64,000 nt of DNA from NCBI RefSeq assembly GCF_006345805.1, contig NC_043009.1, forward strand, positions 40,858,001-40,922,000. Direction: 5' to 3'. Made by a program: the position numbers and the translations under genes. This stretch comes from Octopus sinensis (lineage: Eukaryota). The notes below the pieces were generated by a model. The model ran no database searches. It was not told the DNA's origin and saw nothing but the letters and a program-made list of their open reading frames with translations. Of this stretch, positions 1 to 12,396 are shown piece after piece (the first letter of the stretch is position 1; the number at the start of each line of letters is the position of its first letter).

Positions 1-1592
1 ACTGGAGCCTGGTGCAGCCTTCTGGCTTCCCAGACCCCAGTTGAACCGTCCAACCCATGCTAGCATGGAGAACGGACGTTAAACGATGATGATTTCTGTT
101 GAAATGCAATGCCTTTGTTTCTTAATAAGTTAATGAAATAACTGTTATTCAGCTGGTATTTGGAACATAACATATAATTTTAATGGATCTCTTTATGTCA
201 TAGCATCAGAGTTGGTATTAGGCAGGCTGATATTGAAAGTGAACTGTGCAAGTCCAGAGCCAACTCCTTGCCTTCATTCCCAGTAGACCGGTGCCTGACC
301 CATGGCAGAACCTTATTTTGTTGTTGTTTGTTCCTTCTCGAGCTCATTAGGGCTGGTTTCCCAGTTTACTTGTCATATAGGTTCCTCACCTGGATGGGAC
401 ACAGGCCTGTCGCAGGTGAGCTGCAAGATGCAGGAGGAAAGAGTGAGAGAAAATTGTGGTGAAAGAGTCAGCAGAAGTTCGCCATTACCTTCTGCCAGAG
501 CCGCGTGCAGCTTAGGTGTTTCGCTCATAAACACACACAGCGCCTGGTCTGAGATTCGAACCCACGATCCTTCGACCGCGAGTCCACTACTCTAACCACT
601 TGGCCATGTGCCTCCACAGAACCTTATTTTAGCAACCTCGAAACGATGAAAGGAAAAGTCGACCTCAGCAGAATTGGAACTCAAAATGTAATGGTGAACG
701 AAATGCCACTAAGCATTTTGTCCGGCATGCTAACAATTCTGCCAAGCTCACTGCCTTAATAATAATAATAATAATGATAATAATTATTTCTAGTATAAGT
801 ACAAGGCCTGAAATTTTGGCGGAGGGGGCTAGTCGAATACATTGACCTCAGTGCTCGACTGGATCTTAATTTATTGACCCCCAAAAGGATGAAGGGCAGA
901 GTCGACCGTGGCAGAATTTGAACTCAGAACGTAAAAACGGATGAAAAGCCACCAAGCATTTTGCCTGGTGTGTTAATGGTTCTGCCAACTCAGTTCACTG
1001 CCTTCATCATCATCATCATCATTTAGCGTCCGTTTTCCATGCTAGCATGGGTTGGACGGTTCTACTGGGGTCTGTGAAGCCAGAAGGCTTCATCAGGCCC
1101 AGTCAAATCTGGCAGTGTTTCTATGGCTGGATGCCCTTCCTAACGCCAACCACTCCGTGAGTGTAGTGGGTGCTTTTTACGTGCCACCCGCACTGGTGCC
1201 AGACAGAGCTGGCAAACGGCCACGAACGGATGGTGCTTGTTATGTGCCACCGGCACGAGGGCCAGGCGAGGCTGGCAACGGACACGAAACGGGGCGGTGC
1301 TGGCAACGGTCGCGAAACGGATAATAATATATACTTTTTAACTTGTTTCAGTCATTTGACTGCGGCCATGCTGGAGCATCGCCTTTAATCGAGCAACTCG
1401 AACCCGGGACTTATTCTTTTGTAAGCCCAGTACTTATTCTATCGGTCACTTTTGCCGAACCGCTAAGTAACGGAGACATAAACACACCAGCATCGGTTGT
1501 CAAGCAATGCTAGGGGGACAAACACAGACACACACATACATATATATATACACATATATGATAATATTTAACATATTTCTCTTTTGTTTCAG

Positions 1593-2293
1593 CCTCTTTA
1601 CAGTCTTTCCAGCCTTTAATTCAGTGGATTGCTGATTTTACTCTTCATCTCCTGGGTTCCATACCTTTGCAACAGTCATATTCGGACATACCTGGTTCTC
1701 TACTCATTCGAGACAGTTCTGTTCTAAGTGTGCTGCGAGAACTCTTTGTCATCATACGCCTGTGGGGCCACATCAATCCGAATTGCCTTCCGTTTTTCAC
1801 TATGAACTCTTCAATTGAGTGCATGTCCCATCTATTCAAACTGTTAACGAAAGCCTGGCTGTGCGTAAAGGAAGGCGGTAGTGTTGAATATGAGGAGGGT
1901 CTTGTCAGTGATTGTTGTCACCTCACCAGCGAAGTGATGATCAGAAATACACGTCAGACGTTCAGTCAAGACACGTTAGGCTACGCGATATTCCACCAGT
2001 CGACACCGCAGTCATTTCAGATTGGCGTCGAACCAAACTACGTGTATAGCTGTAAACAAAAACAGCAGTTTATGACTATACCAGACATTACGACGGAGAG
2101 CAAACAGATGTATGACATAGTTCGTCAGATCAACCTTGGTGAAAAACCAGCAGAGCCGGTCCGCGAATGTAGTCGATGCGGTGCAGTATCGTTAATACAA
2201 AGCATTTCATCGGCAACGTCGATGAAAGCCTGGGAGAAACGGTGGGCTTCAGCTTGTCTTTGTGGGGGACAGTGGAAATGGACTATCACTTAA
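1593..2293 (+). CDS. MED16: Mediator of RNA polymerase II transcription subunit 16, terminal coding exon
   Basis: Acceptor cttttgtttcAG at 1591-1592. The open frame reads SLQSFQPLIQWIADFTLHLLGSIP...RDSSVLSVLRELFVIIRLWG...LFKLLTKAW...CSRCG...WEKRWASACLCGGQW, stop TAA 2291-2293. This matches my recollection of the MED16 C-terminus (LQALQQLLQWVGDF...LRELMVVIRIWG...CTRCG...WEQRW...CLCGGLW). The track ORF 1667..2293 starts at an internal TTG. Confidence 0.93.
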
Positions 2294-2746
2294 CTAGACC
2301 CTCTTTCATATACAACACTATTACCTGGGAACAATCTAGATGTCATCATTACCATCTTTGCCATTTGTCATTTTGTATAAATTTCATTCCCTTCAATATG
2401 TCATATCCCCTAAAATACTCTCGAGACATCATCACATCAGTTTGCAGCTATTCCCTCTTCAAATCCTTTTGTAATCTCATTTAAGATTTGGGTGGGGTAT
2501 ATGGTTACGCCCATACATTTAGCAGCCTGATCCCATCATAAATTTTCATTTACAACAATTAATGACCAGTGAAGATACTGATGTTGGGAGGGAGTCTGAA
2601 GCTTGAAAAAAAAAAAAAAAAGTGAAATAGAGGTTCTTAGGAAACTTTATAATTTATTTATTTTTAACAACCAAAAAATATTGTCATTGAATAAGAAAAA
2701 TAGTAAGGAAAAAATTTTAAGGGCCTTTAAATATTTTCTGATATCA

Positions 2747-2800
2747 AATAAAAAATCTCATCAAAACAAACAAAAAAGTTAAATAATTAACAAAAATAAA
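2747..2800 (+). terminator. Candidate polyadenylation signals for MED16 (AATAAA at 2747-2752 and 2795-2800)
   Basis: Two AATAAA hexamers ~450-500 nt after the stop, in SINE-free AT-rich sequence. The region is A-rich, so they may be chance matches. Confidence 0.35.
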
Positions 2801-3226
2801 CATTTCTCATGTATTTTCTTAATTATTTTATTCTATGATGTATTTTCTTAATTATTTTATTCTATGATATTTGGGCCTTGTGAGTCTCAAGAGCATAAAT
2901 AATGGTTTCAAATTTTGGCATGGGGCCATGATTTAAGATAATATTGTCCTTAACAGGATCTGAATGATTGTAAAGAGCCGAAAGAAATGCCAGTAAGCAT
3001 TTTGTTTGCCATATTATTGATTTTACTGGCTCACTGCCTTTGTAATGATAATGATTTAAGATTTTGGCACAAGGCCAGCAAGTTCAGAAAAGTGGGTCTG
3101 TCAGTTATATCGACCCCCCAGTGTTCAACTGGTACTTATTTCCATCGACCCTAAAAGAATGAAAAGCAAAGTCAATCTCGGTGGAATTTGAACTTAGAAC
3201 AATAAAAACATAGACAAAATGCCATT

Positions 3227-3522
3227 ATACAAAATAAGAAAATGGAGGAATAGATTTCTTTCAATCATCAACTGCTCGATAATACCAATTCATATAATTT
3301 ATTAACTAATAATTTAGGAACATCCAGATCAAACAGAATAAAACAGTACACATCAGTAAGATGATACCATAAGAACAATACATATAAATATAAAATGGAT
3401 CTTACAGCTGTTTCAGCCTGTAGATAAGAGTATCTCATTATGCTCATATTAGTCAGATGTATTGAGGTAATATGCAGTTGATGATTGAAAGAAATCTATT
3501 CCTCCATTTTCTTATTTTGTAT
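3227..3522. mobile_element. Hairpin element/MITE with 49-bp perfect terminal inverted repeats
   Basis: 3227-3275 is the exact reverse complement of 3474-3522. Confidence 0.8.
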
Positions 3523-3838
3523 TATGAATTTGAGGTAAAACATTTTACCTTCGCCCATATTTATGTATTAGCCTTTCTGTGTACTTCACTGGCAGTATAT
3601 TGGATAAATGATATCCCATAGTGGGTTACACTCATAACCCCTATCTCACTTTGTGACAAAATGCCATTAAACATTTTTCTCGGCATGCTAATGATTCTCC
3701 TAGCTTGCTGATTTATTTATAATAATGGTGATGATGATGTCGGTTACTTCTAGGCCAAAAGACAATGTATTTTATAGTACTTATTCTCTGTCTCTTATGC
3801 CGAACCGCTAAGTTACGAAGACGTAAACATATAGGCTT

Positions 3839-4218
3839 AGGAGTGGCTGTGTAGCAACTAGCTTGCTTACGAACCACATGGTTCCGGATTCAGTCCCACT
3901 GCATGGCACCTTGGGCAAGTGTCTTCTACTATAGCCTCGGGCCGACCAAAGCCTTGTGAGTGGATTTGGTTGGCGGAAACTGAAAAAAGCCAGTCGTATA
4001 TGTGTGTGTGTGTGTATGCTTGTGTGTCTCTGTCTCCCCAACATCGCTTGACAACCGATGCTGGTGTGTTTATGCCCCCATAGCTTAGCAGTTCGGCAAA
4101 AGAGACCAATAGAATAAGTACTAGGCTTACAAAGAATAAGTCCTGGAGTTGATTTACTCAACTAAAGGCGGTACTCCAGCATGGCCACAGTCAATTGACT
4201 GAAACAAGTAAAAGAGTA
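3839..4218 (+). mobile_element. tRNA-headed SINE, family A (~400-430 bp, (gagtaaaa)n tail)
   Basis: Head gagtggctgtgt...ggttc.gg.ttcagtccc (A/B-box-like), a conserved body and a tail. Same family at ~1333-1560(-), 4255-4445(-), 5190-5503(+). Confidence 0.85.
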
Positions 4219-4695
4219 ATACCAACACTGGTTATCAAGACGTGATCGGGGGGGGGGTGAAACAAAGACACACACGGATATATAATATGTAGGTATGAAT
4301 ATATTTATATACGACGGGCTTTCACTTTCCGTCTACCAAATCTACTCACAAGGATTTGGTTGGCCTGAGGCTAAAGTAGAGGTGTCATGCAGTGGGACAG
4401 AACCTGGAACCATGTGGTTGGTAAGCAAGCTTTTTACCACACTTGCACCTAGTGAAAAAAAAGTTTTCTTTTCACTTCAAAAATGGTAGGTGGTAAAATA
4501 TTAGAGAAATCTTGAAGTATTTTGTTACGTCTCTTGACGTTCTGATTTCACGTCTAATTGGAGAGTCAATTTTTTAAGGCTTGATAAAATAACAAAATAT
4601 CAGAGTCAAGACTATTGAAAGGGTTACAAGACGCAACAAAAATTTTAGGAAAATAAAAATAAGAAATAAGTGGAAATTTTACGGTGAGTGTGTTA

Positions 4696-4871
4696 CATTA
4701 TAAGGCACAAAAAGAAAATGACTCTCCCCAGACACAACAGAATATGCTTCAATACACGAACTCGTATAAAGAATTTTGCAAACCATTATAAGGCACAAAA
4801 AGAAAATGACTCTCCCCAGACATAACAGAATAGGCTTCAATACACGATCTCGTATAAAGAATTTTGCAAAC
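4696..4871. repeat. 88-bp tandem duplication
   Basis: cattataaggcacaaaaagaaaatgactctcccc...gaattttgcaaac at 4696 and 4784, with about 3 substitutions. Confidence 0.9.
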
Positions 4872-7000
4872 AAAATAATAAAAATTAAGGGCGATAACTC
4901 ACGTAAAAAGTTTTAAAGATTGCGTCCCTTGGCAACTTGGTGCGGGCATAAAACGCAGGTCTGGTTCTTCAGTTTCATGAGACGAGTCACATGTTCTATG
5001 AATTGAACCACCGTGTAACAGGCTGAGTATTCCGCAAACATGTTATATATATGTGTCGAACGAGGCACAACTAATGGCAATTACACATTTTTTCTCTATA
5101 TATCCTTAACATTGCCAGAATCAGTGTGTGACAAAGCCCAGGAACTCGTGGTCACGATGTGATCTTAACCATTCGCCCAAATATAGACTCAGGTGTGACA
5201 AGAAGCTTGCTTCCCAACCACATGGTTCTGGGTTCAGTCCCACTCTATGGCACCTTAGGCAAGTGTCTTCTACTATATCCTCGGGCCGACCAAGGCCTTG
5301 TAAATGGATTTGGTAGATGGAAACTGAAAGAAGCCATCGTATATATTTGTATATGTTTGTGTTAGTCCCCGTATCTTAGCAGTTCGGTGAAAGACTGATA
5401 GAATAAGTACTTGGCTTACAAGGAATAGGTGCTGGGATTGATTTCTTCAAATAAAGGCAGTGGTCCAGCATGGCAGCAGTCAGATGACTGAAACAAGTAA
5501 AAGAATATATATATATATAAACATGTACTGTTCTGTGATAGAAAAATTCATACATATATATATGTGTGTTAAATATAATGAGACAACAAAGCCAAGGGAG
5601 TGTGAAATTTCTAGAACATTTATAAAGAGAGAGGTAGTCTTACAGCTTCATCAGAGATGATATGAGATATAACGGGGAAAGTTTACGAAAATAAACAAAA
5701 GACGAAGGCAGGTGGAGTACAAACAAACAAATGTATTAGTATAGCGCTCAGTAATCATCATCATCATCATCATCGTTTAACGTCTGTTTTCTGCGCTAGC
5801 ACGAGTTGGACGGTTCGACCGGGGTCTGGGAAGCCAGGGGCTGCTCCAGGCTCCAGTCTGATCTGGCAGAGTTTCTACGGCTGGATGCCCTTCCTTCTAT
5901 AGAAATAGAAAAAAGTCTTTTACGTTTCGAGCCTACGCTCTTCGACAGAAAGATACACAGAAAAAAACAAGGAGAGAAAAAAATGCATGTAGGAGCTAAC
6001 GATCTATCATGGCGTCCATGATATGAGATAGTTAAATAGAAGGAAATAGCAGAGTTCAATATAAGAAGCTATTTTGGAATGGGAGAGGTATCTGATGTAT
6101 AAAAGGAAATATGAGAATAAAAATAAAAATACAAGTTGCTTGTAGCATCCAACATATATTTTTATTCTTATATTTCCCTTTATACTTCCTATATCCATCT
6201 TTTCCAATTTAACTCCTTATATTGACCCCTACTATTTCCTTCTATTTAACTCTCATATCATCTCTGATGACGGGATATTCTTCATATTCCTAAAACAGCT
6301 GTGAGACTACATCTCTCTTTATAAATGTCCTAGAACTTTCACACTGCCTTGGCTTTGTTGTCTCATTTTATTTAACATATACATGCTCACACATGACCCG
6401 CGTGAGGCTCTTCACTCATGCTATTATCGAACCAGAAGTCTAAAAGTGGTCCTCCTGTAGCACTCACATAGCCTTACCTGCATTTTGGGTATTTTGGATT
6501 TCCAAAACCTCTGATGCAAAGATTTTTTTTCTTTGCAAAAAAGACAGGACAATTGTTTTTGTTTTATCCAATTATTTATTAAAAATCCATTTTAAATACA
6601 AAAAAAAAATAAAAAGGAAAGAGAGTTGCAAAATAAAGAATCAAAAATAAAATTTTCAACTAAAGTCCAAAGTAAAACACTTTAAGGTTGCCAAAAGCAG
6701 TCAGTGGAGCTGAGTCTGAATGTTCAAGATCATATTGTAAAAGAAACAATTGAAATGAGATTCATATTCTCTAAAACGTTTTGAGATTCCTGACGTAAAA
6801 TCAGAATGTGCAAAAAAAAAAAAAAAGGGGGGGAAAAAAACCAAAATAAAACTATTAAACACGCGTTTCAAAAATAGTGTATGTGGAGAAAATATATATA
6901 TATATATTAGCCATTGTCCTTCAACATGAAATACTTCAGAAGGTAACTGTCAGAACATTGCAAATGCTATAGCTTTCTATTTAATTCTGCTTTAGAATGC

Positions 7001-7222
7001 ATGAGGGGGTGCTGAAAAGTTCCTGGCTTTAAGGGTATCGCAAAAGACCTGATTGGAAGCCCAACCTTTCTGAGCTCTTTTTTACAGGGGTTAGAAAAAC
7101 TGAAGGACCACTGCAATAACCTTGTGAATCTGGGAGGGAATATGTTGAATAAAATCATCATCAAATGATCCTCTTGTATTTTCTTCTACCCAAAGCCAGG
7201 AATTTCTCAGCACCCCTTCATA
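7001..7222 (+). mobile_element. Mariner-derived MITE (internal-deletion derivative)
   Basis: TIRs atgagggggtgctgaaaagttcctggcttt (7001-7030) and aaagccaggaatttctcagcaccccttcata (7192-7222). The interior retains the transposase C-terminal remnant GLEKLKDHC... Confidence 0.85.
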
Positions 7223-7234
7223 TATATAGCTATC

Positions 7235-7265
<31 letters not shown>

Positions 7266-7439
7266 TATATATATAGTTGTATTATGGGATGGTTGGTCAT
7301 GTTGCCAGTTTAGCCAATATATATATATATATACACACACATACACATATCTATACTTACATATACGAGTACCAGCTCCTGCATTCGATCCACAGAAGGG
7401 GAAAGGTTGATGAAAGCGCCAAACACACTATTAGCTTTC

Positions 7440-7830
7440 ATTTGGTTTTCATTGTGCCTATCTTTGCCTATGGTCATGGGCATTGGGTAATGACTGACAG
7501 AGTACGATTGCAAATATAAGTGGCTCAAATGGTCAAGCCAAAACTTCTTCCCATTCAATGGTTACAGCTCTTGTACCATGGACAAGTGATCAGGATGTTG
7601 GTGGAAAGAATCACAAGACAGATTCTGCAAGCCAAGCTAACCAGCAGGAAACCTCAGAGTAGAGCAAGAATGAGATGGCTACATAATACACTAAGTCTTA
7701 GCTGGACACACTTGGGAATCAAGCTGAAAAGGCTAATCAATGCTCCTCACAGGACCCTATGGAAGACAAGCTGCCTGAGGACTCTACATATATGACCCTC
7801 CCAGCAACAATGGGCAGAGAAGATATTTAT
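7440..7830 (+). mobile_element. RTE-type LINE 3' fragment (decayed ORF2 C-terminus)
   Basis: QLLYHGQVIRMLVERITRQILQAKLTSRKPQSRARMRWL, resembling the RTE QLRWFGHV.RM...RPRGRPR.RW motif. Confidence 0.65.
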
Positions 7831-7910
7831 ATACACACACATTCTTTTATTTATGTGTGTATGCATGGATATGTGTTTTTATGTATGTATGTGTATATAT
7901 GTATGTATGT

Positions 7911-7941
<31 letters not shown>

Positions 7942-8131
7942 ATATATATATATATAAGTAATACTAAGTAATTAAGGGTTTAGCAACGAATTGCCTCACC
8001 AACACACCGAATTTAGAAATAGCAGTCAAAGAGATATAGCTATTCCTTCTACTAAAAGGGGGATCTCAGTAAAAACACAGCACTTGAAAGGCAAATGTAT
8101 GTATATATATATATATATATACACATGTATG

Positions 8132-8162
<31 letters not shown>

Positions 8163-8409
8163 ATATATATACATATATATATGTGTGTGTGTGTGTGTGT
8201 GTATATCTATGTATCTACATGTGTGAATATAAATATATGTGCATGTGTGTATATAAATATGTAATATATATATATATGTGTGTGTGTGAATATATATATA
8301 TGTGCATGTGTGTATATAAATATGTGTGCATGTGTGTATATAAATATTTGCGTGTGTGTATATATATATACATGTGTGTATATATATATATATATTATAT
8401 ATATATATA

Positions 8410-9554
8410 TCAGGTTTAGTAAAAAGCAAGCAACGTTTTGAAACAACTTGTACCAGATTTTCAGTTTTTAATTTTTTTTCTAAGTGTCTGTTAATACAGA
8501 CATTGACATGCTCAAAGGCATCAATAAATTAACATTGATATTTTTTTCACCCTTGTTACAATCATCTGAAATGAAACTGTCAAAGTGCGATATTCGAGCA
8601 ATTTCGGTATTCAACTTCAAAATAGGATGTAAAGCAGCTGAAATTGCTCGTGATATCAATGAAACGTATGGTGAACCAGTGAGTAGTCAGCCCAAAAATG
8701 GTTTAAACGATTTAACAGTGGAGACCTGAGCCTTGAAGATTGTAAGCATAATGGACGCCCATCTATCATCGATGACGGTCAATAAAAGCACAGAAGAACT
8801 GGCAAAAGAACTTCAAGTTAGCCAGAAAATCGGAAAAATTCGACAATGAGTACCACATGATTTGAATGAAAATCACAAAATGCACAGATATGAAGTTTGC
8901 TCGTCGCTTCTTCTTTGTAACCAGACCGATCCATTTGTCAACCATATTGTAACATGCGGTGAAAAGTGGATTCTGTACAATAGTAAAAATCGTTCTGCGC
9001 AGTGGTTGAACTAAAATGAAGTACCAAAAATCTTCCCTAAACCCGAGCTCTTCGAAAAGAAGGTTATAGTGACCGTTTGGTGGAGTACTGCTGCATTCAT
9101 CCACAATAAAACTTGGAAAAAGTTACTGCAGAAACACTGCCAAAATGAAAGGAAAACTGCTACTCCTCTGGTCAACAGAAGAGGGCCAATCATTCTTCAT
9201 GACAATGCTCGACCACCTGTTTCACTAATGATGCTCAAGTTGAAGGAACTTGGCTATGAAGTTCTTCCCCACCCAGCTTATTCCCCAGATCTTTCTCCTA
9301 CTGACTACCACTTTTTCAAGCACCTTGATGGTTTCCTTTGAGAGAAGGAGTTAAAAAATCAAATCGATGCTGAAAATGCATTTCATCATCTCCAGAACTT
9401 CAGATTTTTACGTCACCAAAATAAACAAACTTGTAACTTGTTGGCAAGAATGTGTTGATTGTACTTGCTTTGATGGATGAAATTTCCACATTGTTGAAAT
9501 ATGTTGTGGTGAATTTCGTGTTTCAAAACGTTGCTAACATTTTACTCAACATGA
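8410..9554 (+). mobile_element. Decayed near-complete mariner transposon (Hsmar1/cecropia-like)
   Basis: 35-bp TIRs at 8410-8444 and 9520-9554 (5 mismatches), flanked by TA at 8408-8409 and 9555-9556. Transposase remnants: ATG 8571 MKLSKCDIR, VPHDL, TCGEKWILY, LHDNARP, YSPDLSPTDYHFFKHL. Stops, frameshifts and a deletion are present, and the first catalytic D is mutated to G. Confidence 0.92.
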
Positions 9555-9559
9555 TAAAT

Positions 9560-11374
9560 ATATCACACGATGCTTTGTTTCCAAGCTATTTTGATCACTG
9601 TCAACACCACTCCACCTTTATCTTATCAGAAAATATTTTAAAAAAACTACTTCTAAAATAAGGCCTCAAGAACTCTCAAAGGATCCTGATTCCTTTTTAT
9701 CAGCAGAAAAAAAATTTATATCCTATCAGGAGACTTCTTTTTTTTTTTTTGTTTTTGGTGGATTTTGACAAAAACAAACAACAAAACCAAGCTATTCTTC
9801 AATAATGTTTTGGAAACACATAATATAAGTTTTTAAACCTAACCCTAATTTCTGAAATACCAACGATAACCACTAACTTATGGTTCAAAAGAGATCAATA
9901 TTTGATATGTGATACAGATTGGAATATGGAGGTAAGTGGCGGTAGGGGACGGGGCTAAAAAAAAAAATGCACTGTTTCATGATTTTTCTTTTCTTTGCAT
10001 AAATGAACAAAAGGACACATGTGGTGTTGTTCTCACCTATCTTTGAATACTCATGTGGAACAAGTTTGTACCACTTTGGTTCAGTGGTACATTTAGAAAT
10101 AACATGATAGTTATTTCTATTATTAAACAAAGCAACGTTGGAAGACAAAAACTAACGGTACCTTTACATATAGAAGACATAAAATGGCTTGGGGAAGTCT
10201 TTTACTCCTTGGATGTTTGTTCTACTGGAATTTGGATTACGTGGACAAAATTTTTGATAGGAAAAGAGAATAAATAAAATGAAGACAATAAGTTCACTTA
10301 TGTGAGGTAAAAATTAGTTAAGTTAGTCAATATATACGTAAAAAACAAGTCGATAACATTTCAGGTGAATAAGTTTTAAAAAGCGGAGGAAAAAAAATCA
10401 ATGGATGTGAAATTACTGATCATCGTTACTTAATTTGAATATTAAATTATATGTAATTAATCAAGCAAAGAGCAACTCCTTTACCATAATGTCACATATT
10501 ATTAATTGCGTAAGCAAATGATCAATGTGTTGACGTGCTCTTTCATGATAAGTATAGAAACTGCACAAAATTCTTTTGCATTTTGCTTAATATCTGTAGG
10601 CATATAATATGCTGTTGCTTCATGTCTTTATACACACAGAAAGAAGGAATACTAAACAATAGCTTACATTGTTGTAGATGATATTGTATCTAATATCCCA
10701 CAATATGGCATTGCATATCTCTGTCAAGTGTTACCAGGGATACAATTAAACTAAATTTCATCATCATCAATGCAGAAAAGTAAGATCTTGGTGGTAATAT
10801 TTTGAATTTCTGTGACAAAACTATAATTAGGAACTAAAAAAAAAAACCCATAAAAAATGAGTGCATAACATAATTTGGAAATATTGAAACCATAATTAGC
10901 TAACAGCAGTCTTTTGTGCAGTTCTGTGAGTTCAGTGCTTTTACTCAGAGTTTTGAATGTGATCAAACAAAACTTATATGTAATCAATCACAATTGTCAA
11001 ATAAGTTTTGTAACATGTTAATAAATGAATTACATGTACTAGGGGTGAAAAAAATGTGTAATTAATCTAATTGGACGTGTCTCTTAAGACTCACGTAATA
11101 TAATTAAAAAGGTGTTTTCATTTAAAAATAGATAGGTGTGTATGCGTGCGTTTAATTTAGTTGGTAACAGTAAAATTGTGCCCAGGCCAGTGGCAATGTT
11201 GTTTTTTCTATGACAGAACTAGGAAATTAATAAAAAAAAAAACAATAATTAAAAACCAATCCATTTAAACCAAGGGACACTTCATTGAAGTAAACGATGA
11301 CTGCAGATTGAGAATCGGCTAGTTGGAAAATATCTACCATAACAATGAAAGTGCTTTCAATGTAGACATCATTG
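9560..11374 (-). other. Probable BCAT 3' UTR / downstream unique sequence
   Basis: About 1.8 kb of AT-rich unique sequence with no recognised SINE, directly after the stop. ATTAAA on - at 11151-11156; I saw no canonical AATAAA on -. Confidence 0.4.
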
Positions 11375-11416
11375 TTACTCAATAATTTCAGACCATTTAT
11401 GTTCCACTCTGCCAAA
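11375..11416 (-). CDS. BCAT: BCAT last coding exon (42 nt incl. stop)
   Basis: tattgcAG|TTT GGC AGA... encodes FGRVEHKWSEIIE* (cf. vertebrate YGREESDW). The six exons total 648 nt = 215 aa + stop with no frameshift. Confidence 0.88.
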   Translation of the reverse strand, partial: FGRVEHKWSEIIE

Positions 11417-11540
11417 CTGCAATATGAAAATAATTATAACTTTATTATTGGCCGCAAGGGTATACAGAAACAAGAAACACATACATACAAAGTTTTACAA
11501 CAAAAACAATGGGTAACATATAACAACGAATAATTCCCCA

Positions 11541-12241
11541 AAAGGTGAGGGATTGGGGAGACCTCTGAGGGCTATTCGTAGAACCCTACAACAAACACAG
11601 TCACCCTGACCACAAAGACAAGTGCCTCTGTCTCATCCTTTCCCACTCAATTTACAGGTGCAGGCCCATTCACATGAACCATCCTTGCCACATTCACCCA
11701 CATTGCAACAAAGGTGAGGGACAGGAGAAACTTCTGAGGGCTACTCATGGAACCCTACAAAAATACACAGTCACCCTGACCACAAAGACAAGTGCCCCTG
11801 TCTCATCCTTTCCCACTCAATTTACAGGTGCAGGCCCATTCACATGAACCATCCTTGCCACATTCACCCACACTGCAACAAAGGTGAGGGGCAGGAGAAA
11901 CTTCTGAGGGCTACTCATGGAACCCTACAAAAAAAACACAGTCAACCTGACCACAAAGTCAAATGCCCTCATTTCATCCTCCCCACTCAATCTACAGGTG
12001 CATGCTCAGAGCAGGCCTGTTCACATGGATCATCCCTGCCACATTCACCCACACTGCAACAAAGGTGAGGGACAGGAGAAACTTCTGAGGGCTACTCATG
12101 GAACCCTACAAAAAAACACAGTCACCCTGACCACAAAGTCAAATGCCCTCATTTCCTCCTCTCCACTCAATCTATAGGTGCATGCTCAGAGCAGGCCTGT
12201 TCACATGGACCATCCCTGCCACATTCACCCACATTGTAACA
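11541..12241. repeat. Minisatellite, 4 copies of a 169-181-bp unit in the last BCAT intron
   Basis: Unit starts aaaggtgagg at 11541, 11710, 11880, 12061. Copies 3-4 share an ~12-bp insertion (catgctcagag). Confidence 0.92.
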
Positions 12242-12302
12242 AATTTGTTGGAAGGAAGGCAACAATTCCATCTCCATGCTCATTTTCCTTTGAAAAAATG
12301 TT

Positions 12303-12396
12303 GATGATGGCCATATCATGTTGAAAGCACCGGTTCTTGTCAGATTACCGAAGTTAAGCAACATCGAGCCTAGTTAGTACTTAGATGGGTGACCGC
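12303..12396 (+). pseudogene. 3'-truncated 5S rRNA pseudogene (or 5S-derived SINE head)
   Basis: ggccatatcatgttgaaagcaccggttcttgtcagattaccgaagttaagcaacatcgagcctagttagtacttagatgggtgaccgc matches invertebrate 5S rRNA nt ~1-94, including the internal promoter boxes. It shows CpG decay and lacks the last ~25 nt. Confidence 0.88.

Noticed and set aside
6478-6510. 33-nt AG/GTaagg-bounded micro-exon candidate on -
   Set aside because: Weak pyrimidine tract, no recognisable peptide and no partner exons.
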